This document shows positions 27,101 to 37,420 of a stretch of 64,000 nt of DNA, piece after piece. A program made the translations under genes and the position numbers. How positions within the stretch are numbered: the first letter of the stretch is position 1; each line of letters starts with the position of its first letter. The DNA is from Mytilus trossulus. Taxonomy: Eukaryota. The notes beneath the pieces were generated by a model. That model did no database searches. It was not told the origin of the DNA and saw nothing but the letters and a program-made list of their open reading frames with translations. Where the stretch lies: assembly GCF_036588685.1 (NCBI RefSeq), contig NC_086381.1, forward strand, positions 81,034,001-81,098,000, written 5' to 3'.

Positions 27101-30100
27101 ATGGCGGATTTCATCGTAAGTGCTCTTGAATTTGCGACTAACATAAAACTTATATTGGAGATTCAATTGATTGCATGATGTGAGGTACGACTTTAATTAT
27201 CAAATAATTAGATATTTGTACAGGATTTTTTTCTCTCAAAAATTGCAAATTCCAAAAAAAAATGCAATTTAAATATTCTTTAACATACCTTTTAGGAAAC
27301 CCATTGTTTGGCTTCATTTGTACATTGAATAACTTAAGGGACAACAAAGGCAGGATTTTTAGAATCGATTGTTTGGTTTTCAGTTTTTATCTCTCTACTT
27401 TTAGAATTTTTAGTAAAACAAAAAAAAAAAGATTGACATGTTCCCTGCTGACTAGTTTCAAATAATATCAAGATAATTGTTTGTTTTTTTTAAATGAACA
27501 TCAAGCTATTGTGAATTGTGTATAATTCTGTCGAATATCAGTAGTTAATATCAGTATCGGTGAATACAGCCGAAACACTCTTGCAAATAAATTTATATAC
27601 ACTTTTCTTTAAAGCAAAATGCCAACGGTAAACGCTGTTCGGAGAAAACATTTTAGTTATAGATCTCGATTATCTTTTAAGTGGCCATGCGATAACTCGA
27701 TTTAATTCAATAGCACGAAGGTACTAGCAATAACATTTGAATAACACACATTCAATCGTAAATTCAGACAATATTAAATTGAATGTTAAGGCGTGTATTT
27801 GAGTTACTGTGAATACGTAATGACTATGTCGCGTTCAAATCGTATTTCTTAACATGAACAATGTTAACGTTCCATAATAAAAGTGAGTCTGAAAAATTAA
27901 AAACTGTTATTTGAAGTTAATTGACTATCTTATTCAATAAGGATTTAAGTATGTCAAGACAAAGATCTTAAAAAAGATGGTAATGTGACGGTACCCAAAT
28001 TGCACCTATTTTGACAGTTTTTTCACTTACGTTTTTTTATGTTCAATACAAACATTTCCATTTTGTGTTTATTTTGTAGCCGTGTCCTTCTCTGTTATTG
28101 AAACAGTATGTTATAAGTGTCCATTTAAAAGATAAATGAAGAGTAAGCATTGATTAATATCATATTTTGAATAATTGGATATTAATCCATGCTTACTCTT
28201 CATTTTTTTTTTAAATGGACACTTATAACATATTGTATTTGCTAATTTTAAAAAGATGACGTTTTGATGACGTCACATGTCGACGTATTGATACATTTTG
28301 CTTTTTCAGTAAACACTTCATCTGTTGATAAATATTGTGGACTTTTTGTGTATATCTAAGTATTTTACCTATCTTTAAAGACATGCATAGTATCAAATCA
28401 TAAAAATAAAAATAGTTTAGTCTCTTAGTCTAGGAAATCTTGTAATATTAATTTCCGTTGCTATTCTTGCTAAATAGGTTAAATTTGGATACTCGGTGTA
28501 ATTTGGGTACCGTTACGTTATAGGCACTAAAAAAAACATTATGATGTGCAGAGTTAAATACTTATCATGATAAGACGTGTTTCGTTTGCCTTGTAAACAA
28601 CAACGTGAAAAATCGATATATATATATATATATATATGAGTCTGAAAGATTGTGTAACAATACCGATAAATAGATGGAAAACAAAACACTAAAAAGTGTT
28701 GAATATCATTGCACAAAGATGGCCAATCGGGAGAGGTTTTGGATAAAAACACTGGGTGTCCTCCATCCAGATGGAATCAATAGAAAGAAATAATTAAATT
28801 TACAGTCTAGTGTTTATATTATTATATTCAGGATTTTGGATTAAAATCAATCGACCAAAACTTACCTGTATTATTAGTGATCTATGTTTACACCTTATAC
28901 ATTATATCTCATTATTGTTTTGTCACCGAAGAAGGCCATTTGTTGAGCCGAAATATTTGCAATTATTGTATAATTTATATCATCTGTTCAGTTTTTCCAT
29001 CTTTGTGCAATGATATTCAACACTTTTTAGTGTTTTGTTTTCCATCTATTTATCGGTATTGTTACACAATCTTTCAGACTCATATACTTTTTCCTGTTTG
29101 TGTAGTATTGTCAATTTTGATGATCCAATACCTATTAAGTTTACTGGTTGGTAGATTCTTATAGACTATATATATATATATATAAACTTAGCACAGACTC
29201 AAAGATGTGCATATTGGTGGCTGCTACTATTTACGTTACTAGTAAAATCTCATGTATCGTTACATATGTACAAACATAATCTCGATTTCGTTGTTTTCAA
29301 ATTGAAATTAAAAGAAGTTCCCTATTATAATGCAAAAGAAACAGAAATAATGCACCAGAGCTTAAAATATATCTAAAATCAAATAAAGGCAACAGTAGTA
29401 TACCAATGTTCAAAACTCAAAAATCCATGGACAAAAAACAAAATCGGGGTAACAAACTAAAACTGAGGGAAACGCATTAAATATAAGAGGAGAACAACGA
29501 CACAGCATTAAAATGTAACACACACAGAAACGGACTAAGCATTAGACAAAATCCTATGAGAATAACAAATATAACATCAAAACCCAAAACATGAATTTGG
29601 GATAGATAAGTACCTTGACACGTCTTATAGTAATGTGAATTTACACTCAAAATTAATTCTACGAAATTTCACGAAAAATCTAGGCACATTGACGGCATAC
29701 TAATGAAATCTCTTTAAGTGGAACTAGCTGCAAAATACATGAAAACAATTCCTAATTACGACTCGTTATGGTTCAATTAATAATGGAAGTGAAATAGTGA
29801 AATAACAATTCCCTTTTAGAAGCTAGTATGATTCAGTTTTGTTTAATTTAGCCAAGAAACATTGATGTTGAATTCTTCACTTCCAAGTGAACAATTCGAC
29901 CTCATTGAGTTCGTATTCATATACACATATATTTAACCCTTAGAATCAATTTTGCATGACTGGTTATTTAAAGGAATAGAATGTCAACATATCAAGTGAC
30001 ACAGATGTGAATCATTTGATTTACAGATTTGATCCACTCAAAAAAATCCTTCTTATTGAGGTAAAAATGATGATTAACATATATCTTTCATCTCTAATAT

Positions 30101-30426
30101 ATATATAAATTCAGATACTATTGCATATAAATTCAGCTTTGCGGTAGGTGTTACTTCATTATCTATTATATTGCATTATGCGCATCTCGATCTTTATCCT
30201 AGTTCTAAATGAGTTGTCCTATTTACTTCGACAGAGCAAATTACATACCGAACGATATCTTTCTGGACTTGTCTTGAAAAATAGATGAATCTGTGCTTGT
30301 AATCATAGTCCATCGCATACGTATACACACTACTGCTGTGCTCTACAAGTACAGTAGCCTTGCGTGTTCCAATATCAAATTCCATAATTGACGTGACGTT
30401 TGAATACAAAAGTTTGCCTTGATAAG
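20892..30426 (-). CDS. Spliced gene for an LDLR class-B (YWTD) six-bladed beta-propeller protein (LRP-like); 5' and 3' ends not resolved
   Basis: Exons of 178+213+113+261 nt (765 nt, 255 aa) joined by GT-AG introns with consistent phases 1/2/2/1/1 and no stops; motifs MDYDYKHRFIYFS, PSGIAVDPTNDHIYWVD, RCNLDGS, LDLANRWMYIVE, MDIDSDENRLFWI, SASYDGSD, YIFYAD. Confidence 0.85.
21684..21796 (-). CDS. YWTD gene exon C
   Basis: tttcag|ATGGATGTAT...GGACATAG|gtacgt; WMYIVERTIGISKSRFDLFKKETIVNFVSSEVYCMDI. Confidence 0.85.
22833..23357 (-). mobile_element. MITE, older inverted copy of 24239-24820
   Basis: Ends GGGAGTAGGTCTGGTAAGGGCCGATTTT and TTTTGGGGCCAAATAGGGATCTTACTGA; interior is the reverse complement of the 24.2 kb copy. 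Confidence 0.75.
24239..24820 (+). mobile_element. MITE with imperfect TIRs of about 40 bp
   Basis: aggagtaggttcagtaagacccctttttggccctaaaat versus reverse complement of atttggggccaaaatcggcccttaccggacctacccct. Confidence 0.8.
25190..25402 (-). CDS. YWTD gene exon B
   Basis: tatatag|ATTTGCATATCCC...GCAAACAG|gtattt; FAYPSKNIKLHTVIQSLSFPSGIAVDPTNDHIYWVDYFSHTLSRCNLDGS...LDLANR. Confidence 0.9.
25699..26519. mobile_element. Non-autonomous hAT transposon
   Basis: Perfect 8-bp TSD ATTATAAT (25691-98 and 26520-27); termini TAGGGATATCAAC and rc TAAGGATGTTAAC; subterminal CGAGTACTCG palindromes. Confidence 0.85.
27983..28518. mobile_element. TA-flanked MITE with about 24-bp TIR and an internal hairpin
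   Basis: atgtgacggtacccaaattgcacc / ggtgtaatttgggtaccgttacgt. Confidence 0.75.
28633..29086. mobile_element. Element with a perfect 90-bp inverted repeat, in a (TA)n context
   Basis: 28633-28722 is the exact reverse complement of 28997-29086; (TA)n at about 28617-28637 and 29167-29183. Confidence 0.75.
29383..29652 (-). repeat. Repeat family D, uninterrupted terminal part
   Basis: Matches 34219-34290 joined to 36770-36905. Confidence 0.7.
30249..30426 (-). CDS. YWTD gene exon A
   Basis: tttgtttcag|CTTATCAAGGC...GATATCGTTCG|gtatgt; xYQGKLLYSNVTSIMEFDIG...AMDYDYKHRFIYFSRQVQKDIVR. Confidence 0.85.
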
Positions 30427-33400
30427 CTGAAACAAAAAAACTGAAATGATGAGAATTCAATTTGTTTCATTTAACTCAATAATATCCGGCATGTGTATGT
30501 ACTCGGGATCACTTTATGTTATTTAAATAGTAAAAATAACTTCTTTTTTTTTAAACAAGACGACATACTAATATACATGCAATCAAACAGTTTTTTTTTA
30601 TATATAATATGGTCCGTGACCCTCTATTTTTAATTATATTTTGAAAGTATTTTTCAAAGCAATTATGTCACTGAAATGGTAACCTATTACATCTTTCAAT
30701 GTTTCTACAATAAGGGAAGACATTTCCGCTTTATAACCCATATACTATTATTCAATATTTTTAAACGAAATAACAAGGTTCATGACCACCTGATATCATT
30801 TCGTCGATTATAAATAGTTTTATCTTAAGTTGGTAGAATTATTGAACACCCACTCCAAATAAATAGGGATATATGGAAAACTATTGGCATCATTGAAACA
30901 CATTTTTTTCTTATAACCCATATGCTATAATTCAATATTGCTAAACAAAAGAAGCAATACTTAACATATATACACAAATCTAACATAAAAAAGAAGATGT
31001 GGTATGATTTCCAATGAGTCAATTCTCCACAAGAGACCATCTGACATAGAAATTAACAACATTAGGTCACCGTACGGCTTTCAACGGCTATTGTTTGATT
31101 TATTTTTAAAAACTGTGGATTGGGTGGAGAGTTGTCCCATTGGCGCTCATAACACTTCTTTTAATATATGGCATTTGTTTCAGCGGTCATGTCATTCTAT
31201 CAATAGATATAAGAAGATGTGGCATGAATGTCAATGACACAACTCTCTATTTCATGCAAAAAAGTCAATTACGTATGTTCTTATACGGTGAACGTTAAAA
31301 GTAATATCACTAAAATACTTAACTCTAATTCCTAAACGGAAAGTTCTTTATCAAATGGCAAAATCAAAAAATCAAACCCATCAAACGAACGGATAACAAC
31401 TGTCATATTCATGACATGGTACAGTCATTTTCTATTTTAACAAAATGATGTTTGAAACCTGGTTTTAAAGCTAGTTAAACCTTTCACTTATATTACAAAC
31501 AACGATGTGTAACCAAAACAAACAGACAGACCAGGAATGCATGTCAAATATAGGGTTACAGCATTCAACATTGTGTTATTATCGTAATCACCACCAAAAC
31601 ATACATTTACCAATGATGGCAAAATTTCACAATGAAGCGATGGTTTAGTTTCAAAGCCACTTCATAGATTAAAAAAAACATAAAAAAGGCATACAAAGCA
31701 CATCAGCAAATATGAAAGACAAGAGTACAAACATTGTCATAGAACAATGATGGGATGTAAAAGTACAGTACGAAGTCATTGTAACAAAGAAACACCAACA
31801 GGCACATAGACAAGGCATAATGACAAAAATGAAAGAAAATATACAAAAAATATCATATAAAAATATGAAGTCATAACGTATAATGTATTGAAACTGTTTG
31901 CTTTAAAATGGGTTACCTGGTTATCAATAGAGTTTCGATTTTTAAGGGACAATAAGAACATATTTGTATTATAATTCATGCACTGTTTATAAACTGGTAT
32001 GTTTATACTGCGAAACAAAAACATTTAACTATTTGTCATAATTCAACTTAATGTGTAGCCTAGAGTTAACGGTAAAAAGGGTTTGGTAAAATTAAAGTTA
32101 TAACAAACGAAGTAAACTCCTACACGAAAAATCAAATGTATTCATAGAACTAATTTACGAGAAAGATTGAGATTTAAAATTACCCAGAGTTTTTTTTTAT
32201 ATTCCAAATGATTAATACTACTACGCGAGTTAACATTTACATATTATTTGTGAACACCATCTTTCACTGCGGACATCATTTTTCTCAATCTAACGAATAA
32301 TTCTTTTGTCGAATCTCAAATTGTTCATAAAACAACGATTCTATATTTGTGCTGAGATAGCGACCACATTGGGTGAACTGGTACAACTATAATGTTTCAC
32401 TAAAACAGTTAGCATACGTTTGAAGTTCAGGATTAAAGTGGGGGATATGGTTTTCTGTTTTTGTGTTGGTACATATGTGTGTGTATGAGAGTGTGTTAGG
32501 GGGTGTTATACTTCCTTTGTATATTTGTCTTCATGGATTGAGAAATGTAGATAAACATAGACAGCATGTCTGCTTCATTTGAGTTCTAATGTAGTTGTTT
32601 ACACCACATGAAAGCAATACAAATGTTTTTACAAGTAGCAGAAGTAATGCTGTTTGAGATTAGATGATGCACACCACAACTTGAAACAGTGTATTATTGA
32701 CGTCCGAATTAAACATGTGTTATTCAATTGCAAATTATTATAAAACACGGCTTTGAAGGAGAACAGTTTCATGATTACTTGGACGAAGAAACTATATCTG
32801 TAATTTCAGAACAATTTGCCTCATTACACAAAGGAACTTAATGATGATGAGAGTAGATCTGAACGACATTGCACACCCATGATTGTCTTGCACGGTTGGT
32901 ATATTTTGGAGTAACAACATAAAACTTATCAGATAGTAAAATGATATTTTCTGTTGGTATATTTTAATTTTAATCATTTCAGAATAAATCAAGGAAATTA
33001 AAGATATACATAAATGTTGTCATAAACAAATAAAAAATAATAAGATCTAGTATATTTCTAGGATTTTGTAACGATTTTCAAAAGATCCAATATAATAACT
33101 ATGTTTTTGAAAGATGAAATTATGAGTCTGTCAGAGGTAAGTAATCAATGCATTGCATCTTTGGATAAGAACATAGAACAAAGGAATGTTACTCTTGCAT
33201 ACATATATGACACACCAAAAGAAATAATTAATGCACAATTCGTGCTCCACCTTCAATGACGACTATCAATTTTCAATATAACCAACAGTTGTAGGTCTAT
33301 AGGGTAGAGACAGCTAAAGTATGCTAACCTAAAGTGAAATAGATTTGTATGAACATTTATTAAACCTACTCGAAAAAATGCACGAACTACTTGATAATTA

Positions 33401-34296
33401 AAGCTCATAAATAACGTGTTTACACATTGATATAATATGGTTGTTAAACATTATAAAACTCTTAAAGTATAAGACATGATAAACCTCGTATGCTAACATC
33501 AACCTACTCAAATAAATATTTAGTTAAAGCTTTTGAAGTTGACAATGCTTCCATTTGTATCTACTTTTTATATCTCGTATACATCACAAAATCTGGTTAA
33601 GATTTGATTAAATACCAATATTCCATTATCGTCAGGTAAATATGCTACATGATAGTATTTCGAGAAAAAAAGTTTTAATCAGTAAATGTACATTTGTAAG
33701 TATGAGCATGCTAATGCATGTCACCGCTGAAGTTCTGGCGACTGGTGTGGTTATACCAGTGGTTATATAACAGTGGCATTGACCCTGTGGTTGAAAATTG
33801 ACTTATTATAACAACACAGTTGCACAGGATATATTGATAATAAACGTTCTATTCGGTAGCCAGTTTTTATATTTTTTTTAAGAACACAATCAGGTGATGA
33901 TGTGATTATAGAATACGAAAAAAACTGTATGTGAAACAAAATGAATCACCTTTCGTTTTATAATTAAAATAATATCGTTGCACATGCTGTAAACGTTCAT
34001 TCATTAAATGGTAAATACAAGATGCTTTTAATTAGTCGATTTCGTTTATGAATCGAACGAAACACGATATGAGCGCAGCCAAAAGAAACGAAACATGCAA
34101 ACGTTTGATTGAAAAACGAAATAAAAACGGAAACACACATCGGGAATGTTTACAGGTTTAGGAGCCGTATACAAGTGTTAAGTTTAAAGAATAATTAAAA
34201 CAAATATAACGCATAATAAATAAAGGCAACAGTAGTATACCGCTGATCAAAACTCACAAAAACGACACAACATTAAAATGTAACAAACACATTTCC

Positions 34297-36130
34297 CATG
34301 TTATAACAGGAGATCTTAACATCGTTCAAGACCGAGAGTTAAAATCATTCCTCAGTAAAGGACCTAAAGATCGTCCCCCGTCAATTATTAATTGGAATGA
34401 GTGTCGTAATATCATCCACGACTCAATCCATACTTACTGTATGAAATGATAAAACGGGAAAAAGCTGACAAAAAATCTTTGGAATCTTTTTTTAATTCAG
34501 TAATGAAGATAGTTGATATACGTATTCAACATTTTAAAGAACATTTTACTATAAACAATAACCAATATAAATCTATTTCTCGTATTAAACATAAACTAAA
34601 AGAACTAGCCAAGGAATTTGTCTTTGTCCCGGCAGATAAAGCTGCTGATAATATTATTATTGTTTGACGTAAATTTTACATTGAGGTTCTGAAAAAGGAA
34701 ATCACCAATTCACCAACATTCCAACTGACTCCATTTTCAGAAAACGAAATCTGTAACAAATATAAACTTTTAGGCACCGCTTTACAAGCAGAGCCAAATA
34801 CAATGAAAGTCCCAACTATGTATTGGCTTCCGAAGCTACACAAAACCCCTTACAAATATAGATTTATTTCGTCTTCAAGCCATTGTTCAACTACTAAATT
34901 GTCTATTCTTCTTACCAGCACACTTGGTACAATTAAAAACCTGATAATAAATTGTTCAAATAAGGCCTTCGAAAATAGTGGAATAAATTACTTTTGGAGT
35001 GTCAAGAACTCGTTGGAAGTACTTGATAAATTGCATGCTTATATTGGTGATTTTGAATCTGTTCAAAGTTTTGATTTTTCTACCCTGTATACCACATTGC
35101 CTCACATTCTCATAAAGAAAAAATTCACACACCTAATTAAATGGGCATTCAAAAAATCAGAATGTGAATATATATGTTCAAACTCTTTTAGGTCATTTTT
35201 TAGTAGCAATAAACAAAAAAACTATGTTAATTGGACATGCTTTGATACTATATATACCCTTGAATTTTTACTAGATAACATTTTTGTTCGCTTTGGGTAT
35301 TCCGTATATCGTCAGATTATCGGAATTCCAATGGGGACTAACTGTGCACCACTTATTGCGGACCTGTTTTTGTATTGTTATGAGTTACAATTTATGACAA
35401 AAATAAGCAAAGACCCATCGAAACAACATCTGATAAACAAATTTAATAATACATTTAGATATTTGGATGATATTTTGGCTCTCAATAATGACGACTTCAG
35501 TATGTATATTAATGAAATTTATCCTGTTGAACTTACTTTGAATAAAGCTAATACTAACAATGACCACTGCCCTTTTCTCGATCTTGATATCTATATCACT
35601 AATGGAAAGCTGAATACAAAAATTTATGATAAAAGGGATGATTTTTCATTTCCTATCGTTAATTATCCGTTTTTAGATGGTGACGTTCCCTTGTCACCAT
35701 CTTACGGTGTTTATATATCTCAACTTGTACGATTCGCTCGTGTATGTACGAGCGAATCGTACAAGTTGAGATATATGATGATTTTAACGAGAGAAATTTA
35801 TGTATTACTGAAAAATTATTACACCAGGGTTTCCGATATCACAAACTAGTCAAAACATTTACTAAATTTTATCATCGGTATAAAGACATCATTCGTAAAT
35901 ATAGCTCAACATGCAGACTTCTAATACGTTCAGGTATTTTACATCCAATTTTTTATGGTAATATTCTTTATAAAGCACCAAAGTGTCAGTATTCACCTCA
36001 GAAACTTACAAAACCTTTGAATAGACTTATTAAGAAGGGATATAATTACGATACTGTTGTCAAGTCATTAAAGATGGCATATTTTGGCGTTAATATTGAG
36101 TCACTGATAAGGTCTTTGCATCGGAACTAA
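34297..36130 (+). pseudogene. Penelope-like reverse transcriptase ORF (putative selenoprotein), disrupted in this copy
   Basis: Motifs PADKA, YWLPKLHK, FDFSTLYT, YRQIIGIPMGTNCAP, FRYLDD, FLDL, IYDKRDDF; 1-nt frameshift near 34448, in-frame TGA 34665-67, inversion frameshift 35748-76. Confidence 0.9.
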
Positions 36131-36180
36131 ACACATTTATTCTAAAAACAGTTGTTGGTATGACACGGGTTATGTTCTTC

Positions 36181-36247
36181 TCATATATGTTATGATGGTA
36201 TGATACTAAACCCCTAAGGGGAAGGATTGTGCCTGATGTTCATATGA
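36181..36247 (+). promoter_or_regulatory. Type II eukaryotic SECIS element
   Basis: AUGAU (36192-96), helix II GGUAUGAUACU/AGGAUUGUGCC, AAA (36208-10), minihelix CCCC-uaa-GGGG, UGAU (36234-37), helix I UCAUAU/AUAUGA; 51 nt after the RT stop. Confidence 0.85.
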
Positions 36248-36442
36248 TGAAATCATAATCTTTCAGTCAGTTTAATTGAAGTCTGGAGCTGGCATGTCAG
36301 TTAACTGCTAGTAGACTGTTGTTATTTATGTATTATTGTCATTTTGTTTATTTTCTTTGGTTACATCTTCTGACATCAGACTCGGATTTCTCTTGAACTG
36401 AATTTTAATGTGCGTATTGTTATGCGTTTACTTTACTACATT

Positions 36443-36533
36443 GGTTAGAGGTATAGGGGGAGGGTTGAGATCTCACAAACATGTTTAACCCCGCCGCATT
36501 TTTGCGCCTGTCCCAAGTCAGGAGCCTCTGGCC
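36443..36533 (+). ncRNA. Circularly permuted (P5-type) twister-ribozyme-like motif without a normal P1
   Basis: P5 GGUUAGAGG/CCUCUGGCC; P2 GGGG/CCCC; L1 GAGGG and U^AA; P3 CGCA-uuuu-UGCG; P4 CCUG/CAGG; L4 UCCCAAGU. Confidence 0.7.
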
Positions 36534-36769
36534 TTTGTTAGTCTTGTATTATTTTAATTTTAGTTTCTTGTGTACAATTTGGAAATTAGTATGGCGTTCA
36601 TTATCACTGGACTAGTATATATTTGTTTAGGGGCCAGCTGAAGGACGCCTCCGGGTGCGGGAATTTCTCGCTACATTGAAGACCTGTTGGTGACCCTCTG
36701 TTGTTGTTTTTTATTTGGTCGGGTTGTTGTCTCTTTGACACATTCCCCATTTCCATTCTCAATTTTATT

Positions 36770-37420
36770 ACAGATACAGACTAAGCATTAGACAAAATCC
36801 GATGAGAATAACAGATATAACATCAAAACCAAATACATGAATTTGGGATAGAAAAATACCGTGAAACGGTGACACGTCTTATAGTAATGTGATTTCACAC
36901 TCAAATATAAGAGAAAAAAAAACTACACAACGGAAACACAACGTTAAAATGTAACACACACAGAAACGAACTGTAATATAACAATGGCCATATTCCTGAC
37001 TTGGTACAGGACATTTTTAAAGAAAACATGGTAGGTTGAACCTGGTGTTGTGGCATGCCAAACCTCCCGCGTTGATGATAAGTTAAATATAACATTAAAA
37101 TGACAATATAACATTACAGGACTACAATACAAATAAATAGGAGAACATATTAGACAAAAAAACACATAAATAATAGCTAACAAAAGGCACCAGGTTTAAA
37201 ATTCAATACGCAAAAGCGCGCCTCGTCCACACAAGACTTACCAGTGACGCCCAGATATAAAAGTTCGGAAGTCAAAACAGGTACAAAGTTGTACAGCACT
37301 GAAGATCAAAAGTTCAAAAAGGTTGTGCCAAATACGGCTATGTGTTTATGCTTGAGATAAGAACATCCTTATTATTCAGAGGAATTTATGATCTTGCAAA
37401 CATTAAATTTTATCAAATGA
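36770..37420 (-). mobile_element. Family-D composite repeat with twister-like motif (36985-37080) and core-variant hammerhead (37208-37250)
   Basis: Minus strand GCGGGAGGU..UCAACCUACC..CCUGUACCAAGUCAGG; upstream GCGUCACUGGUAAGUCUUGUGUGGACGAGGCGCGCUUUUGCGU. Confidence 0.7.

Larger units (their letters stand above)
34291..36769 (+). mobile_element. 5'-truncated Naiad-type Penelope-like retroelement nested in a family-D repeat
   Basis: HVITGDL..KGPK linker, PLE RT, no C-terminal GIY-YIG, about 640-nt 3' UTR; the host repeat resumes on both sides. Confidence 0.85.

Noticed and set aside
28513-29164. Two ORFs sharing SLCNDIQHFLVFCFPSIYRYCYTIFQTHI
   Set aside because: Artefact of the perfect inverted repeat
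34447-34449. TGA after YCMK as a second Sec codon
   Set aside because: It is followed by TAA and a frame change; better explained as a 1-nt deletion in a TGG codon
36630-36680. Possible hammerhead in the Naiad terminus (CUGAAGGA...GGAA)
   Set aside because: Core deviates from CUGANGA/GAAA and I see no convincing stems I and III
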